A stretch of DNA of 63,025 bases, filler included, from Octopus bimaculoides (Eukaryota), in the NCBI RefSeq assembly GCF_001194135.2. It is 5 parts of 4 records of this genome, joined end to end, with 100 filler letters (N's around TTAATTAATTAA, not from the genome) between each part and the next. Parts side by side here need not be neighbours in the genome. Positions count along the whole stretch, not along the records: positions 1 to 22,326 come from NC_068982.1; 4 more parts are not named here. The stretch is one strand, 5' to 3'. This document shows, in pieces, positions 1 through 12,570 of this stretch. The notes under the pieces were generated by a model, which saw only the letters and a list, made by a program, of their open reading frames with translations, searched no databases and had not been told where the DNA came from. The stretch's first letter is position 1. Each line of letters starts with the position of its first letter. The position numbers were made by a program, and so were the translations under genes.

Positions 1-600
1 CAGACACGACAGAGCTGCGACCTATATACACTGGAAGCTATGCCAACACTATGGAATAACAACAGAAAAAAGATGGTATAAGCACACGCCAGAAAAGGTC
101 TCAAAAAACGAGAAAGCAACCATACTCTGGGATATGCCAATACACACAGATAGAGAAATTAAGGTCAATAGACCAGATATAATTGTCAAAGATCATTAAG
201 GAAAAAAATGCTTTCTAATTGATGTATCAATACCAGCAGATGACAACGTTTCCCTAAAAGAAATGGAAAAACTTTCAAAATACAAAGACCTGGAAATAAA
301 GGTAACTCGAATTTGGAATCTAAAACAGAAACAATTCCTATCATAGTAGGTGCCTTAGATATAATAAAAAAATATTCAGACAAATACATAATAAAAACAC
401 CAGGACTTACAAATATATATAACATACAGAAAATTGCACTACTGGGCACTGCACACATCCTACGCAAAATACTTTCAATACAGTAACCATAAGAGCATCA
501 CAGCAAACCACAGCACATACCCAAGGCACACAGGGCTGCGCTCGGTAGTGAAGTGAAAGCACGTTATAAAAATAAAACTACTGAATAATAATAATAATAT
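1..600 (+). mobile_element. 3' end of an R4/Dong-type (restriction-like endonuclease) LINE, decayed
   Basis: Translates to ILWDMPIHTDREIK..RPDIIVKD..KCFLIDVSIPADDNVSLKEMEKLSKYKDLEIKVTRIWNLKTETIPIIVGAL...QKIALLGTAHILRKILSIQ* (PD..D..E..K REL motif). A short 3' UTR and an (AAT)n tail follow at ~587-600. Confidence 0.85.
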
Positions 601-1250
601 GCCCATATCACGAACGAATGCCCTAGACTTGCCCAAAACCACTAAAAGTTGCGGCGATACGATCAGGTAGCGAAAGTGCTACATTGGAAACCTTGCGAAA
701 AGTGGGGGCTAGAGAGAGAGATAAGACGTGATATGAGCACAAACTGCAGAGAGTGGCGGAATCACACACTAGCAAAATCCTCTGGGATTTCCCAATCCAA
801 ACAGGTCAGGTGCTAGAACATAACAAACCAGATCTGGTGGTGGTGGACAAGATGCACCACATATGGTATATACTGGATGTTGTATGCCCCTTTGACCCAC
901 GAATAGTCATGAAGGAAGGCGAAAAAATAGATATATACTAACCTCTTAAGTATGAAATAGCCTGACTATGGAAAATGAAGAAGGTGAAGATAGTGCCAAT
1001 TATTGTTGTGCCCTTGGGAACAATATCAGAAGGTACCAAGAGGAATATAAAGGAATTTGGAATAGAGTGCCCAGTAGAACTGTTACGAAAGGTTTGCCTC
1101 CTTGGCACACCCAGAATATTCAGGAAAGTATTAGATAGCTGAAAAGAATAGATAGCATAGTACCGTAGGCTATATGTAGTAAGCCCGCTACGCATTTAAG
1201 ACTCCAGGAATTCCAACAAAACCTGTAATAAAAAGAAATAACAACAATAA
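601..1250 (+). mobile_element. Second, divergent R4/Dong-type LINE 3' fragment
   Basis: KILWDFPIQTGQVLEHNKPDLVVVDK..ILDVVCPFDPRIVMKEGEKIDIY...KIVPIIVVPLGTI...KVCLLGTPRIFRKVLDS* with internal stops; AAT/AAC-rich tail at ~1236-1250. Confidence 0.8.
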
Positions 1251-1559
1251 TAAATCCTATACGTGGTCATGAAATTGGAAAGGTTTATACTATTGATGAT
1301 CAGTTCAGACTCAGCTCCTGTGAGTAGACGATTACAATGCAAATAAATAAATAAATAAATAAATAAAAAGGAAGGGGAGAGAATCCCAGAGGGTTGGCGT
1401 TATGGGAAAGAAGGATTGGGTAGAGAGATTCGTGTGAGCCTGCATGGCGAGAAAGGATAAGATACAATGTAAATGACGAGAAGATGAGGCGGAGAGAGAG
1501 TGTGGGCTGCAAGGTGTTTAGATAAGCAGAAGCCATTGTAGTAACAGAAGAGGAGGCAT

Positions 1560-2020
1560 AGTGAAGAGAAAGTGTATTTGTAGGCCTGGACGGTACTTTG
1601 TTTTTAGAGTAACCTAAGGATGTTGGTAAGGGCTGTCGTACTGTAACCTTATAGTGGTGGTGGTGGTGGTGGTGGTGGTGATTGGAGTCGTGGGTGTAAT
1701 ATAGTCTTGTGTTGGTAATGGTGGAGGTGGTTGTGGCCATAGGGGCTGTAATATGGTTGCCTTTCTTTGATGTTTGTGGTTGCTGCAATTGTGATTGTGA
1801 TGGTGGTTCGTGGTGACAGTGGACGTGATATGGTTTTTGTTGCTGATGATGGTTGTGGTGGTGGTGGTGGTGGTGACCATTGTGATGGTTGTGTTTTTTT
1901 AATATGACCATCTGTTAGTGGCGATGGTGGGGCGATGGATGATGTTTGTGATGGTGGTGGTGGTGGTGGTGGTGTTGGTGATAGCAATGGGGAGGCTAAG
2001 CAGTAATTAGAAAAGGAGGT
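1560..2020. repeat. Degenerate GGT/GAT/TGT trinucleotide low-complexity tract
   Basis: Runs of (GGT)n and GAT/GTT triplets; these produce the poly-His/Thr/Pro ORFs in the track. Confidence 0.8.
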
Positions 2021-3175
2021 CTGATCATCACATGGCTTACGGTAACAATAGCATTAATTCTATGTTAGTACTGTTTGCACTTCACCACCAATCTGCCTTT
2101 CACCTTCTTATTGCTCTAAATACTTGTCGTGTTTCACCCTCTCCTCTTCCTCTTCATCCCATCATCTACTTCATCATCATTATCATCATTACTGCCGTCG
2201 TCGTGGTGGCTGCAGTCGTCGTCATCACCTTTAATAACAACAGAGACGGAGCCGCTGAAACAAAGCTATATAATTTCAACAATGTCATCAACAACAGTGA
2301 CAATAGCATCCGCGATAATATTAAAAAGAAAAATGTTTTAAAAATATGGAAAATAGGAAAAATATGTGTATACATATCTACAAATACATATATAATCTGA
2401 AATTAAAATGGCGAGCAAATATTATTTTGAAGGACATGTGATCAGATAACAGTTCCACCCCCACCCACATACCTTCCAGCATATGCTTGCTCACATACAT
2501 GCATGCATACATACGTACGTTCATTCATACGTACATATATTCATACGCACTTATACATACATACATACATACATACATACATACACATATAAATAAATAA
2601 ATATATATATACATTATATATACATACAATCATAATTGCGTACACGCAAACACGCGCGCACGCATAATCTAAAAGAGAGATCAGCTACAGTAAGATTAAT
2701 TATATATCAGGGTCACTATATATTCAGCGAACAAAATAAACAGGTAATAACCTGGTTGTTATATCCAGTAACAACAAGAACAACAATTGCACTAATTTTA
2801 ACAAGTCTTCATACATTTTGATGTTGATGAAAAAACGAACCCTTTCGTAGAACTAATGGCCGTGATGAAGTAAAAAAGAAGTCTGGTTTCAAAGTTATGC
2901 CTCATGTAACTGTTTTTAATGTCTTTTCCCAGAAATATCCATCTATAACCTCATATTGTGTTTCTTTGAGCGGATACCGCAACTTACATCTGCTGTATTT
3001 CACCATGAATGACTGCATCTACAGATTGATATTTCTATTTTTTCTATTATTTTTCTTTTACCTTGGATATCGACAAACATTGCCATCAAGAGGAGTAAAT
3101 AGGTATGTATATTACACGTATATATAAATTTTCATATATATTCTCTCCTTTTCTTTTTTATTATTTTCTTTGTTT

Positions 3176-4250
3176 AAGGTGGCGAGCTGGCAGAAACGTT
3201 AGCACGCAGGGCGAAATGCTTAGCAGTATTTCGTCTGCCGTTACGTTCTGAGTTCAAATTCTGCCGAGGTCGACTTTGCTTTTCATCCTTTCGAGGTTGA
3301 TAAATTAAGTACCAGTTACGCACTGGGGTCGATGTAATCGACTTAATCCCTTTGTCTGTCCTTGTTTGTCTCCTCTATGTTTAGCCCCTTGTGGGCAATA
3401 AAGAAATAAGAAACGTTAGCATGCCGGGCCTAAATCCTTAGCAGTATTTCTTCGGCTATTTACGTTCTGAGTTCAAATTCTGCCGAGGTCGACTTTGCCT
3501 TACATCCTTTCGGGGTTGATAAATTAAATACCAATTGCGTACTGAGGTTGATCTAATCGACTGGCCCCCCTCCCCTCAAATTTCGGGCCTTGTGCCAAGA
3601 ATAGAAAAGGTTTATTTCCTTTTTTCTAAAGCGTCGAGCTGGCAGAATTTTTAGCATGCCGGCCATAATGCTTAGCGGTATTTCATCTGTCTTTACGTTC
3701 TATGTTCAAATTCCGCCGAAGTCAACATTGCCTTTCATCCTTACACCCTCGCCAGAAATTGCTGACCGTGTGCCAAAATTTGAGACTATTGTTTTCCTGT
3801 CTTCTCAGGTGGCAGAATCGTTAACACGCTGGACAAAATACTTAGTGGGCATTTCATCAGTCTTTGTTCCGAGTTAAAATACCACCGAGGTCGAATTACC
3901 TTTCATTCTTTCAGTCTGATAAAACAAATACCGGTTAAACACTGGAATCGATTTAATCAACTTGCTCCCTCACTGAATTTCGATGGCCATGTGCCAAAAT
4001 TAGAAAGAATTATTTTCCCTCCAGAACCGGCGGCGAGCAGAATCGTTAGTGCGTGAAACAAAATGGTTAGCGGCATTTCTTCGGTTATTTACGTTCTGAG
4101 TTCAAATTCCGCCGAGGTCAACTTAACCGTTCATCCTTTCAGGGTCGATAAAATAAACATCAGTTGTATGCTGACGTCAATGTAATCGACTAACCCTCAC
4201 ACCCCACAACATTATTGGACTTGTACCAAAATTTGAAAGCAATAGTTTTC
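3176..4250 (+). mobile_element. Head-to-tail array of five tRNA-derived SINEs (family A)
   Basis: Copies start near 3176, 3404, 3629, 3807 and 4028. They share an A-box-like TGGCAGAATCG head, a B-box-like GAGTTCAAATTCC and the body TTTCATCCTTTCGGGGTCGATAAA. Confidence 0.9.
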
Positions 4251-4687
4251 CCTTTTTTCTATATCAATTGTGCCAAACTCGTTTTGCTTTGTGGACCAGG
4301 TTGAAACAGAAACTAGATTTCGTCTGCCGGATAGGGATAATTGTTTCTAAAAACACTATTCGTAATATGTGCCAAAGTAAATCGATATACAATTGTAACA
4401 ACTTCATTAACAATAAATAAAGGAAAGCAATATGTTAGCGGAGTTCGTGTGCAGAGATGCATGGGAAAATTTCATCCACTTGATGCACAGATGCACACAT
4501 ACATATACACACGCACACAGAAAAACACACGCGTGAACACAAATGCACACATACACACATACACGGACACATGCATAGTTCTGTCCGGTAAGAGTCAAAA
4601 GGTTCGCTAAAATGCACTGATTTGCCTAATGGAAATCGGTGTTAAATCACGGCGCCATTTGGATTCCGTATCTGAATGCGATATATT

Positions 4688-5465
4688 CTTTTATTCTTTT
4701 ACTTATTTCAGTTATTAGACTGCAGCCATGCTGGGGAATACCCTTGAAGAATTTTAGTCGAATGAATCGACCCCAGTACTTTCTTTTATTTTTTAAACCT
4801 GTTACTTATTCTATTGGTCACTTTTGCCGAATCGTTAAATTTCAGGGACATAAACACACCAACACCGGTTGTCAAATGGTGGTAGGGGACAAACGGGCAT
4901 CTTTCAGTTTCCGTTTGCCAAATCCACTCACAAGGCTTTGGTCGGCCCGAAGCTATAGTAGAAGACATTTTCCCAAGGTGCCACGCAGGGGGACTGAACC
5001 CGGAACCATGTGGTTGGGAAGCAAGCCACTTCTGCGCTTATTTCAATTTAATTTCTTATCTCTTACTTGTTTCAGTCATCGGACTGTGGCCGTACTGGAG
5101 CACTGCATTGATGTGTTTAATAGAACAAATCGCCCCAAGTTCTTACTCTATCGGTCTCAGTAGCCGAACAGCCATATAATGGGGACATAAACAAACCAGC
5201 ACCGTTTATCACGTGGTGGAAGGGAACCAACGAAAGCATGAAAGGCACACACACACACATACACACACACAAACGACCAGATTCCACATAGTTCCGCCTA
5301 TCAAATTCACTCACATGACCACACGGCATTGGTTGATCTGGGGGTAGTAGTAGAAGTCACTTCCCCAAGGTGCCGTGCAGTGAAACTAAACCCGAAACCA
5401 TGTGGTTGTAAAGCGAGCTTGTAAGCGAGTTTCTTAACAATATGGCCGTGCCTGCGCCTACACAG
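4688..5465 (-). mobile_element. Two tandem tRNA-derived SINEs (family B)
   Basis: Minus-strand heads containing GGTTCCGGGTTCAGTCCC (B-box-like) and a shared body (..GGCACCTTGGG(A/C)AAGTGTCTTCTACTATAGC..); homologous to 20335-20940. Confidence 0.85.
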
Positions 5466-5882
5466 CCAAAATAATCCACTCCCTGCAATAACAAAAATTA
5501 AAAGAAACAAAAGCCATTTTTTTATATATATATAACATTGAGCTGAGAGCCGGACGAAACATTTCCACGAACCGTATGTTTGACATCTCCGTACTACATA
5601 AAGGTGCCGCTTTGACTGAATAAAACTGCTAAATATATAGTTATCTTTGAAATCTTTGTAGCAAGTTTATAAGCTTAGTAAAAGTGATAGTTATACTAAA
5701 TCTATGTGTGTATATATAAACTGGGAATGCAATGGGAGGGTGGAGAGTTCTTCCGTTACACCTGTCCGGAGTTTGGAAAGCCAAGAAGAAGCCCATGAAT
5801 ATCTACTGTACCACTTTCTTAAAAAAAAACCCCAGAAAACCCTCACTGCTTCCTTGAATACACATACATACATACATACATG

Positions 5883-5938
<56 letters not shown>

Positions 5939-6293
5939 TACATACATACATACATACATACATACGTACATACATACAGTAAAAATATGCAAGGCTTTTC
6001 TCAAGTTCCAAATGTGAATTTGTCTGTTAACTTCATCCCAAAGTTGGAGCCTTGTATCTTTGTTGGAAACCTGCTCCCTCCTCAGTGGAAGATTTATGAC
6101 AATTTAAAAAAATAGAAGAGACATATATACATACATACATACATACATGCATGCATACATACATACATAGATACACACACACATACATAGATTTTTTTTA
6201 ATTGTATGTGTATACATATATACATACATATACATGTGTGTATACATATATACATACATATACATGTGTGTATACATATATACATACATATGT

Positions 6294-6328
<35 letters not shown>

Positions 6329-6803
6329 CACACATACACACACAGACNNNNNNNNNNNNNNNNNNNNNNNNNNNNNNNNNNNNNNNNNNNNNNNNNNNNN
6401 NNNNNNNNNNNNNNNNNNNNNNNNNNNNNNNNNNNNNNNNNNNNNNNNNNNNNNNNNNNNNNNNNNNNNNNNNNNNNNNNNNNNNNNNNNNNNNNNNNNN
6501 NNNNNNNNNNNNNNNNNNNNNNNNNNNNNNNNNNNNNNNNNNNNNNNNNNNNNNNNNNNNNNNNNNNNNNNNNNNNNNNNNNNNNNNNNNNNNNNNNNNN
6601 NNNNNNNNNNNNNNNNNNNNNNNNNNNNNNNNNNNNNNNNNNNNNNNNNNNNNNNNNNNNNNNNNNNNNNNNNNNNNNNNNNNNNNNNNNNNNNNNNNNN
6701 NNNNNNNNNNNNNNNNNNNNNNNNNNNNNNNNNNNNNNNNNNNNNNNNNNNNNNNNNNNNNNNNNNNNNNNNNNNNNNNNNNNNNNNNNNNNNNNNNNNN
6801 NNN

Positions 6804-7090
6804 AAACACCTAAAGCTCCACGAGGCTCCGGCAGGGAATGGTGGCGAACCCTGCTGTACTCTTTCACCACAACTTTCTCTCACTCTTACTTCCTGTTTCT
6901 GCTGTGCCTGTAATTCAAGGGGTCAGCCTTGTCGCAATGTGTCACGCTGAATATCCCCAAGTCTACGTTAAGGGTACACGTGTCAGTGGAGTGCTCAGCC
7001 ACTTGCATGTTAATTTCACGAGCAGGCTGTTCCGTTGATCGGATCAACTGAAACCCTCGACGTCGTAAGCGACAGAGTGCCAACAACAAC
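6804..7090 (+). mobile_element. Retroposon fragment sharing its 3' ~190 bp with SINE family C, with a (CAA)n tail
   Basis: 6905-7080 matches the reverse complement of 14155-14345. The 5' part differs and runs into an N gap. Confidence 0.65.
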
Positions 7091-7093
7091 AAA

Positions 7094-7448
7094 CGTGGAT
7101 ATTCTATTAGAACAAACTATACTGCGGTAGTTACCACGAGAGAATCTCTCATATTGGCTTTTGGTGCAAAATGCACACTTGTTTATATCGCTAGCGAGGA
7201 GATAAATCCTCACCGTCTGCTGCGCGAGACACCAAATCACATGATTTCGACTTTTATTGGTCTCGTCAATGATGGACCCTCGACCGCTAGAGATAGTCAC
7301 GTGATTTGGTGGTCTCAGCACTGGAAATGGTGGGGAGTTGTCTCCCCGCTAGCAACATAAACAAGAGTGCATTTTGCTCCAAAAGTCAATATAAAAGTTT
7401 CTGTCATGGTAACTACTGCAATGTAGTTTGTTTAACTGAACATCCGCG
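7094..7448. mobile_element. Foldback/MITE-like element with ~153-bp imperfect inverted arms
   Basis: 7094-7246 is the approximate reverse complement of 7295-7448 (e.g. TTTTGGTGCAAAATGCACACTTGTTTAT vs TTTTGGAGCAAAATGCACTCTTGTTTAT), with a ~48-bp spacer. Confidence 0.75.
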
Positions 7449-7964
7449 ATTGAGTGGGGGTAAATATTACCCCTCGTTGTTAATACTGCCTGTGTTGTTA
7501 ATATATATCTTTTAGTACAGATATGTATGCATGTATGCATGCATATACGTATGTATGTATGTATGTATGTATATATGTATGTATATGTGTGTGTGTGCAT
7601 ATATGTACGTATGTGTGTATGTATGTATATGTGTGTAAATTTATACATAGTGTGCTTCTCTTTCGGATTTATGATTTGTTAGCGATACACACACACACGC
7701 ACACACATATACATACATAATACATACATACATATATACACACATGCATACATACACTCATGCACACACACACACACATACATACACACATATAGATATA
7801 TAAATCCCAAAAACTGAATAAAAACGTAATGGGCGACAATAAAGACATACGGACAGATAAACGATACAAAGACGGACAGGAAAAACCAGCACAGATCATT
7901 CGTGGCCTCCTATTCATCAGTGAAGTTTCCAATTATCATTACAGTCTCGGACTGTTACACTTGA

Positions 7965-8415
<451 letters not shown>

Positions 8416-8689
8416 CAAATAATACACAATGCTTCAAGCGAACTACAATACTCTCCTAGTTACCCTATTGTTCACAGCTGATGGGAACCTGACTTCTAAA
8501 ACTCTCTCTCTCACACACACCTCTCTAACTCTCAGAGAACAATAATAATGTTGTTATATTGGTACCGAATTTTTAAAAATGTTTTATCAATATTGTTTAT
8601 GTTCATGAGTGTTATCCTTCAACAAATCGCATTGTATATAGTTTTACTTTATTTAAAAAATTATTTAGCTTTTCATAAAAAGGTAGTGG

Positions 8690-8990
8690 TACTTTGTAGA
8701 CATTTTTACGCAACACCTGGTGATGTAGGCGATATATTCGACAAGATCTGTGGCATTGTGGTGGTTGGGGACATTGGTATCTCTTTCTGCTTTGTTGACC
8801 AAGTATATAGTTGCTATCTCCTACTCTCGAATGGCGAAGGAAGTTTTGTAGAATCCGCTCTCCTAGTCACCGTGTCTCACATGGGTCTACCTTGCGAGAT
8901 TTACTTGTCCTTGCATAGTTTCCTGTTGATCTGACGAGGTTTTCTCAAATTTTCTCTTCGTGTAGGTCGCTGAGTTACCCTTAGGTCCAT
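8690..8990 (-). mobile_element. Decayed R4/Dong-type LINE fragment (region before the endonuclease)
   Basis: The minus strand reads ..FAIRE*EIATIYLVNKAERD...LVEYIAYITRCCVKM, resembling the AIQEQ.IAT...CCHC knuckle region; contains stops. Confidence 0.45.
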
Positions 8991-9943
8991 ACAGTCACTA
9001 AGCGCTTAAAAGATTTTGGTGCCCCCAAATATATGTAATCTAAAATATAAACAACAATAAATCATAGAATAAGTTTTTTTTTTATTTTTCAAAATGAAAG
9101 AATAGCAACAGTAAGATGGAAAATATTGTTTATTTTTGTACACTTCCACTTTATATCAGAAAAATTTTCTCCTACTTTTCTGAATTGCGAAGTCTTTAAT
9201 CATATCCTCACTATTACACCATGAACACTTCGAAATCATATTTTCAATCATATGAACCACTTCAAATATTATTTTATCAAGGTTGAAATGATTTCTTTTG
9301 TGTCGTAAACCATTTACCATTTTTGTTGTATCCCCTCCCTTGATGTGCTAAGCATATGCTTATTTTGCTTAATGGTTAATCCAGCGCTACTTAGGTCATA
9401 TAGAAATATCTGATTCCTGCCAAAGCAATTTCTCCAACTCACATGATCTTATTTTTAGTTTTGAGTGCATGTTTGCTGTAGTCATTTCTTCTTTTACTAA
9501 TTATTAAGTGTTACCTCAGTGATATGATGAGGTACTCACAGGTTAACCTCATATTTTTGACTGGCACCCTATGCTTATCATAGATGTTAAGAGGTTAAGA
9601 GTGACAACAGAGGAGTTGTGAGATGATGAAAAGGAAAGTTGCCTCAGGTGCAGTTGTGAAGGGTCGCAAAATTTTGCCTGTTCTGTAATATTTGATAATT
9701 ACTAATTGCACCCTACCCTAAAGTATAACGCAATTGTCCTACTTTAAATAAATACCACGAACTGCTGAATTATTTCTGTGTGTGCGGGCGGTAACAATTC
9801 GTTTTTGTTTTTTGCTGTTGTCTTTTTGATATATAGCATTGAACTACTTCAAAAATTTTACAGTACATCTTGCTGTTTGTGTGTGAAAATTGCTTCATAC
9901 ATTTTTTAAATATTATTAACGATTGTTATGCACAAGGCAGCGA

Positions 9944-10895
9944 GCTGGCAGAATCGTTAGCATTCCGGGTGATATTCTTCGTCCGGCGCTACGTTCTGAG
10001 TTCAAATTCTGCTGAGGCCGACTTTGCTTTCATTTTGTCAGGGTCGATAAAGTAAGTTCCAGCTGAACACTGGGGTCGTTGCAATCGACTTATCCCATCC
10101 TCGAAATCACTGGCCTTGTGTCAAAATTTGAAATCATTATTTTCTTATATGAGATTGTTCAATTTCGTATCTAGTTTTAAGATACATAAATACATGCGAA
10201 ATTATTTATTTACTTTCGTATAATAAATTAATAATGCGTGAGCTAAAGAAGCAGGCTGTTAGAACATTTTCTTTTTACAATTGATCCCAATTTACGTATA
10301 AGGTCAGCAGTTTTGAGGCAAAGGAGTGAGCCAATACTACTGAACCCGGCATTTTATTTTATCGACTTCGTAGGGATAAAAAGCAAAAGTGACTATGATG
10401 GGATTTGAATCTAGAGCATAAACAACCGACAGAAACTCGCAAAATATTCCTTCCGATGTTCTAACCATTCTACCAACCAAACGACCTATTGGAAGTTATA
10501 ATAATAATAATAATGGTTTAAAATTTTGACAACCCTGGTAGTGGTGGTGGTGGTGGTGGTGGTGGTGGGCGGGGGATAAGTCTATTAAATCGATCTCAGA
10601 ACTCAATTGGTATCTACTTTATCGACCCCGATAGGATGAAAGGCAAAGCCAACCTCGGCGGAATTTGAATAGTAATGATCATTTCTACTATAGGCACAAG
10701 GTCTGAATTTTTTTGTGGGAGGGGACAAGTTGGTTACATCGAGCCCAGGGCTCGACTGGTACTTAATTTATCGACTCCCAAAGGATGAAAGGCAAAGTCG
10801 ACCTCGACGGAATTTGAACTCAGAACGTAAGGACGGACGAAATGCCACTAAGCATATTGCCCGGCATACTAATGATTCTGCCTGCTTACCGCCTT
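9944..10895. mobile_element. Cluster of family A SINEs: + copy at 9944-10140; - copies at ~10310-10490, ~10515-10680 and ~10690-10895
   Basis: GGCAGCGAGCTGGCAGAATCGTTAGC head on +; the minus-strand copies show AAAGGCAAAGTCGACCTCG..GAATTTGAACTCAGAACG on +. Confidence 0.85.
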
Positions 10896-11189
10896 AATTA
10901 TGATAATAATAATGATAAAAATAAACAAGAGGATTCCATTTTCACAGGAGGAATCTCCACGGAACATTGATGCTAAACTAAAGGAGGATGACCAAATATA
11001 TATCTTACTACACATTGATCTCTGTTTTATGAAGTTTAAAACAACAGGGTCAGCAGTTATAATAGGCGTACATCGCATAGGAACTATTGAAGTTGGAATA
11101 GATGAATTTTAACTGAAGCACGATACATTTGACGCCAAACAAAGATGTTCTATGATTGCAATTTAGTTTAAACGACGTTTCCTTTGAGT

Positions 11190-12570
11190 CGGAAAGATAT
11201 TAATCGCTCCCGATTTTGTATTCTCGTTTATGTAATAATACAGAATACTGCTAATGTTGTCTTCTTTTTTTTTTTACATGTGCATATATGATATCGGATT
11301 GTTGATCGTCATACAATTTAGTTTCACTGCTATCAAAAACATAATAGATTTCCTAAGTGGAAAAAATTAAAATGTTATAAAACAACAAAATTAGTGACAG
11401 TTATTGTGAGTTGTTTTTCTGTTTAGATAGGAATTCAGTAACAAGTTTGTCATTAAAGTGTTATTAATGAAGAGCTATCATGGCAATTTAGCAAAGAATA
11501 AAAGAAAAAAGAAGAGAAAATGGAAGAAGCGATCTACTGCGACGATTGCGAGTATATGCACAATATTTGGCTCATCAGAATTTTGAATTTTGTGGCCGTA
11601 TTGAAGATTTAATCTCAAACGGGAAACATTGGAGATTTCCAATGACATTTGCAGTTATTAGCAAAGAACAGGGCCGGCCCTAGGGTTGCTGGTACCTCGG
11701 GTAAGCTGAACTTCGGCGTGTACAAGCTGACGGTCGTGGAAATTTTCTTGCCTTTAAAACGCCCTCCTTGGCGCCCTCTTAGCACATGGCGCCCTGGGTG
11801 ACTGTCCGAGTTGCCGGTACCTTGAGCCAGCCCTGGCAAAGAATGATCCATTTATGAGAAAGCATTTAAAGCACATAAAAAACAACCGAACGTTAACATC
11901 TTGTCTTCCTCTTGAAATCCAAAATGAGCCAATAAATATCATGTTTTCACAAACGTGAAATTATTGTTTGTTAGCAATTCGTAGAAACAAATAATACGAT
12001 AATCTATTTGCTTCTATATCTGGTTTAGCCCATAGAGAGCAATTGACTCAAGTGACAATGTTTGTTAACATTAAAACAAGGAAAGTAGAAGTGAAACAAA
12101 ATGATTAACTTTCAACAATTGCAGCGTGGAAGGTGTTTATAAGCCATTTAAAATAACACAAAAATCTGCACAGAATTTTGTCAGTGAACAGGTCGCGGTC
12201 TCAAAGCGACGAAAATATTTTGACAAATTAAATTTAAACGTTGAAGTGAATCTAACGGTTTTTGTGTGTTATTTTAAATGGCTTATAAACACCTTCCACG
12301 CTGCAATTGTTTTCGTTCCAGCACACGATCTCAGATCAGGTCACTTGCTATGCAAGTACATCTCCGTAACTTTAAACAGATAAAGTGAAAAGGACGAAGC
12401 TATTAAGAAAACAAGAAGCACAAAATTATAAACAAATAGAATTTTATTGAGTGATTGTCGATAATGTTTTTGTCATGTCAAGTCGTTAGAAAGATATTCA
12501 ACTAAAAATTCTCGACAAAAATCTGAAAGCAATGTTCATAAACTGGAAATTTCAATGGTGATCTTGTCAC
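11190..12570 (+). pseudogene. Decayed hAT-superfamily transposase (ZMYM1/DUF4371-like)
   Basis: Frameshifted pieces in the expected order: ILYSRLCNNTEYC*CCLLF (TTF-type Zn finger), YLAHQNFEFCGRIEDL, NIGDFQ*HLQLLAKNDPFMRKHLKHIKNN...LEIQNEPI, AHREQLTQVTMFVNIKTRKVEVK, DNVFVMSSR*KDIQLKILDKNLKAMFI. Confidence 0.7.
11669..11835. mobile_element. hAT-type MITE (167 bp) with an 8-bp target-site duplication
   Basis: Imperfect TIRs CAGGGCCGGCCCTAGG / CCTTGAGCCAGCCCTG. The exact TSD GCAAAGAA lies at 11661-11668 and 11836-11843. Confidence 0.9.

Noticed and set aside
1300-2400. His-, Thr- and Pro-rich ORFs of 88-203 aa
   Set aside because: Translations of GGT/GAT/CAT triplet repeats in several frames at once; no domain or splice support.
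7880-7960. CTGATGA on the minus strand (7914-7920) as a hammerhead core
   Set aside because: No downstream helix II plus GAAA, and no foldable helix I.
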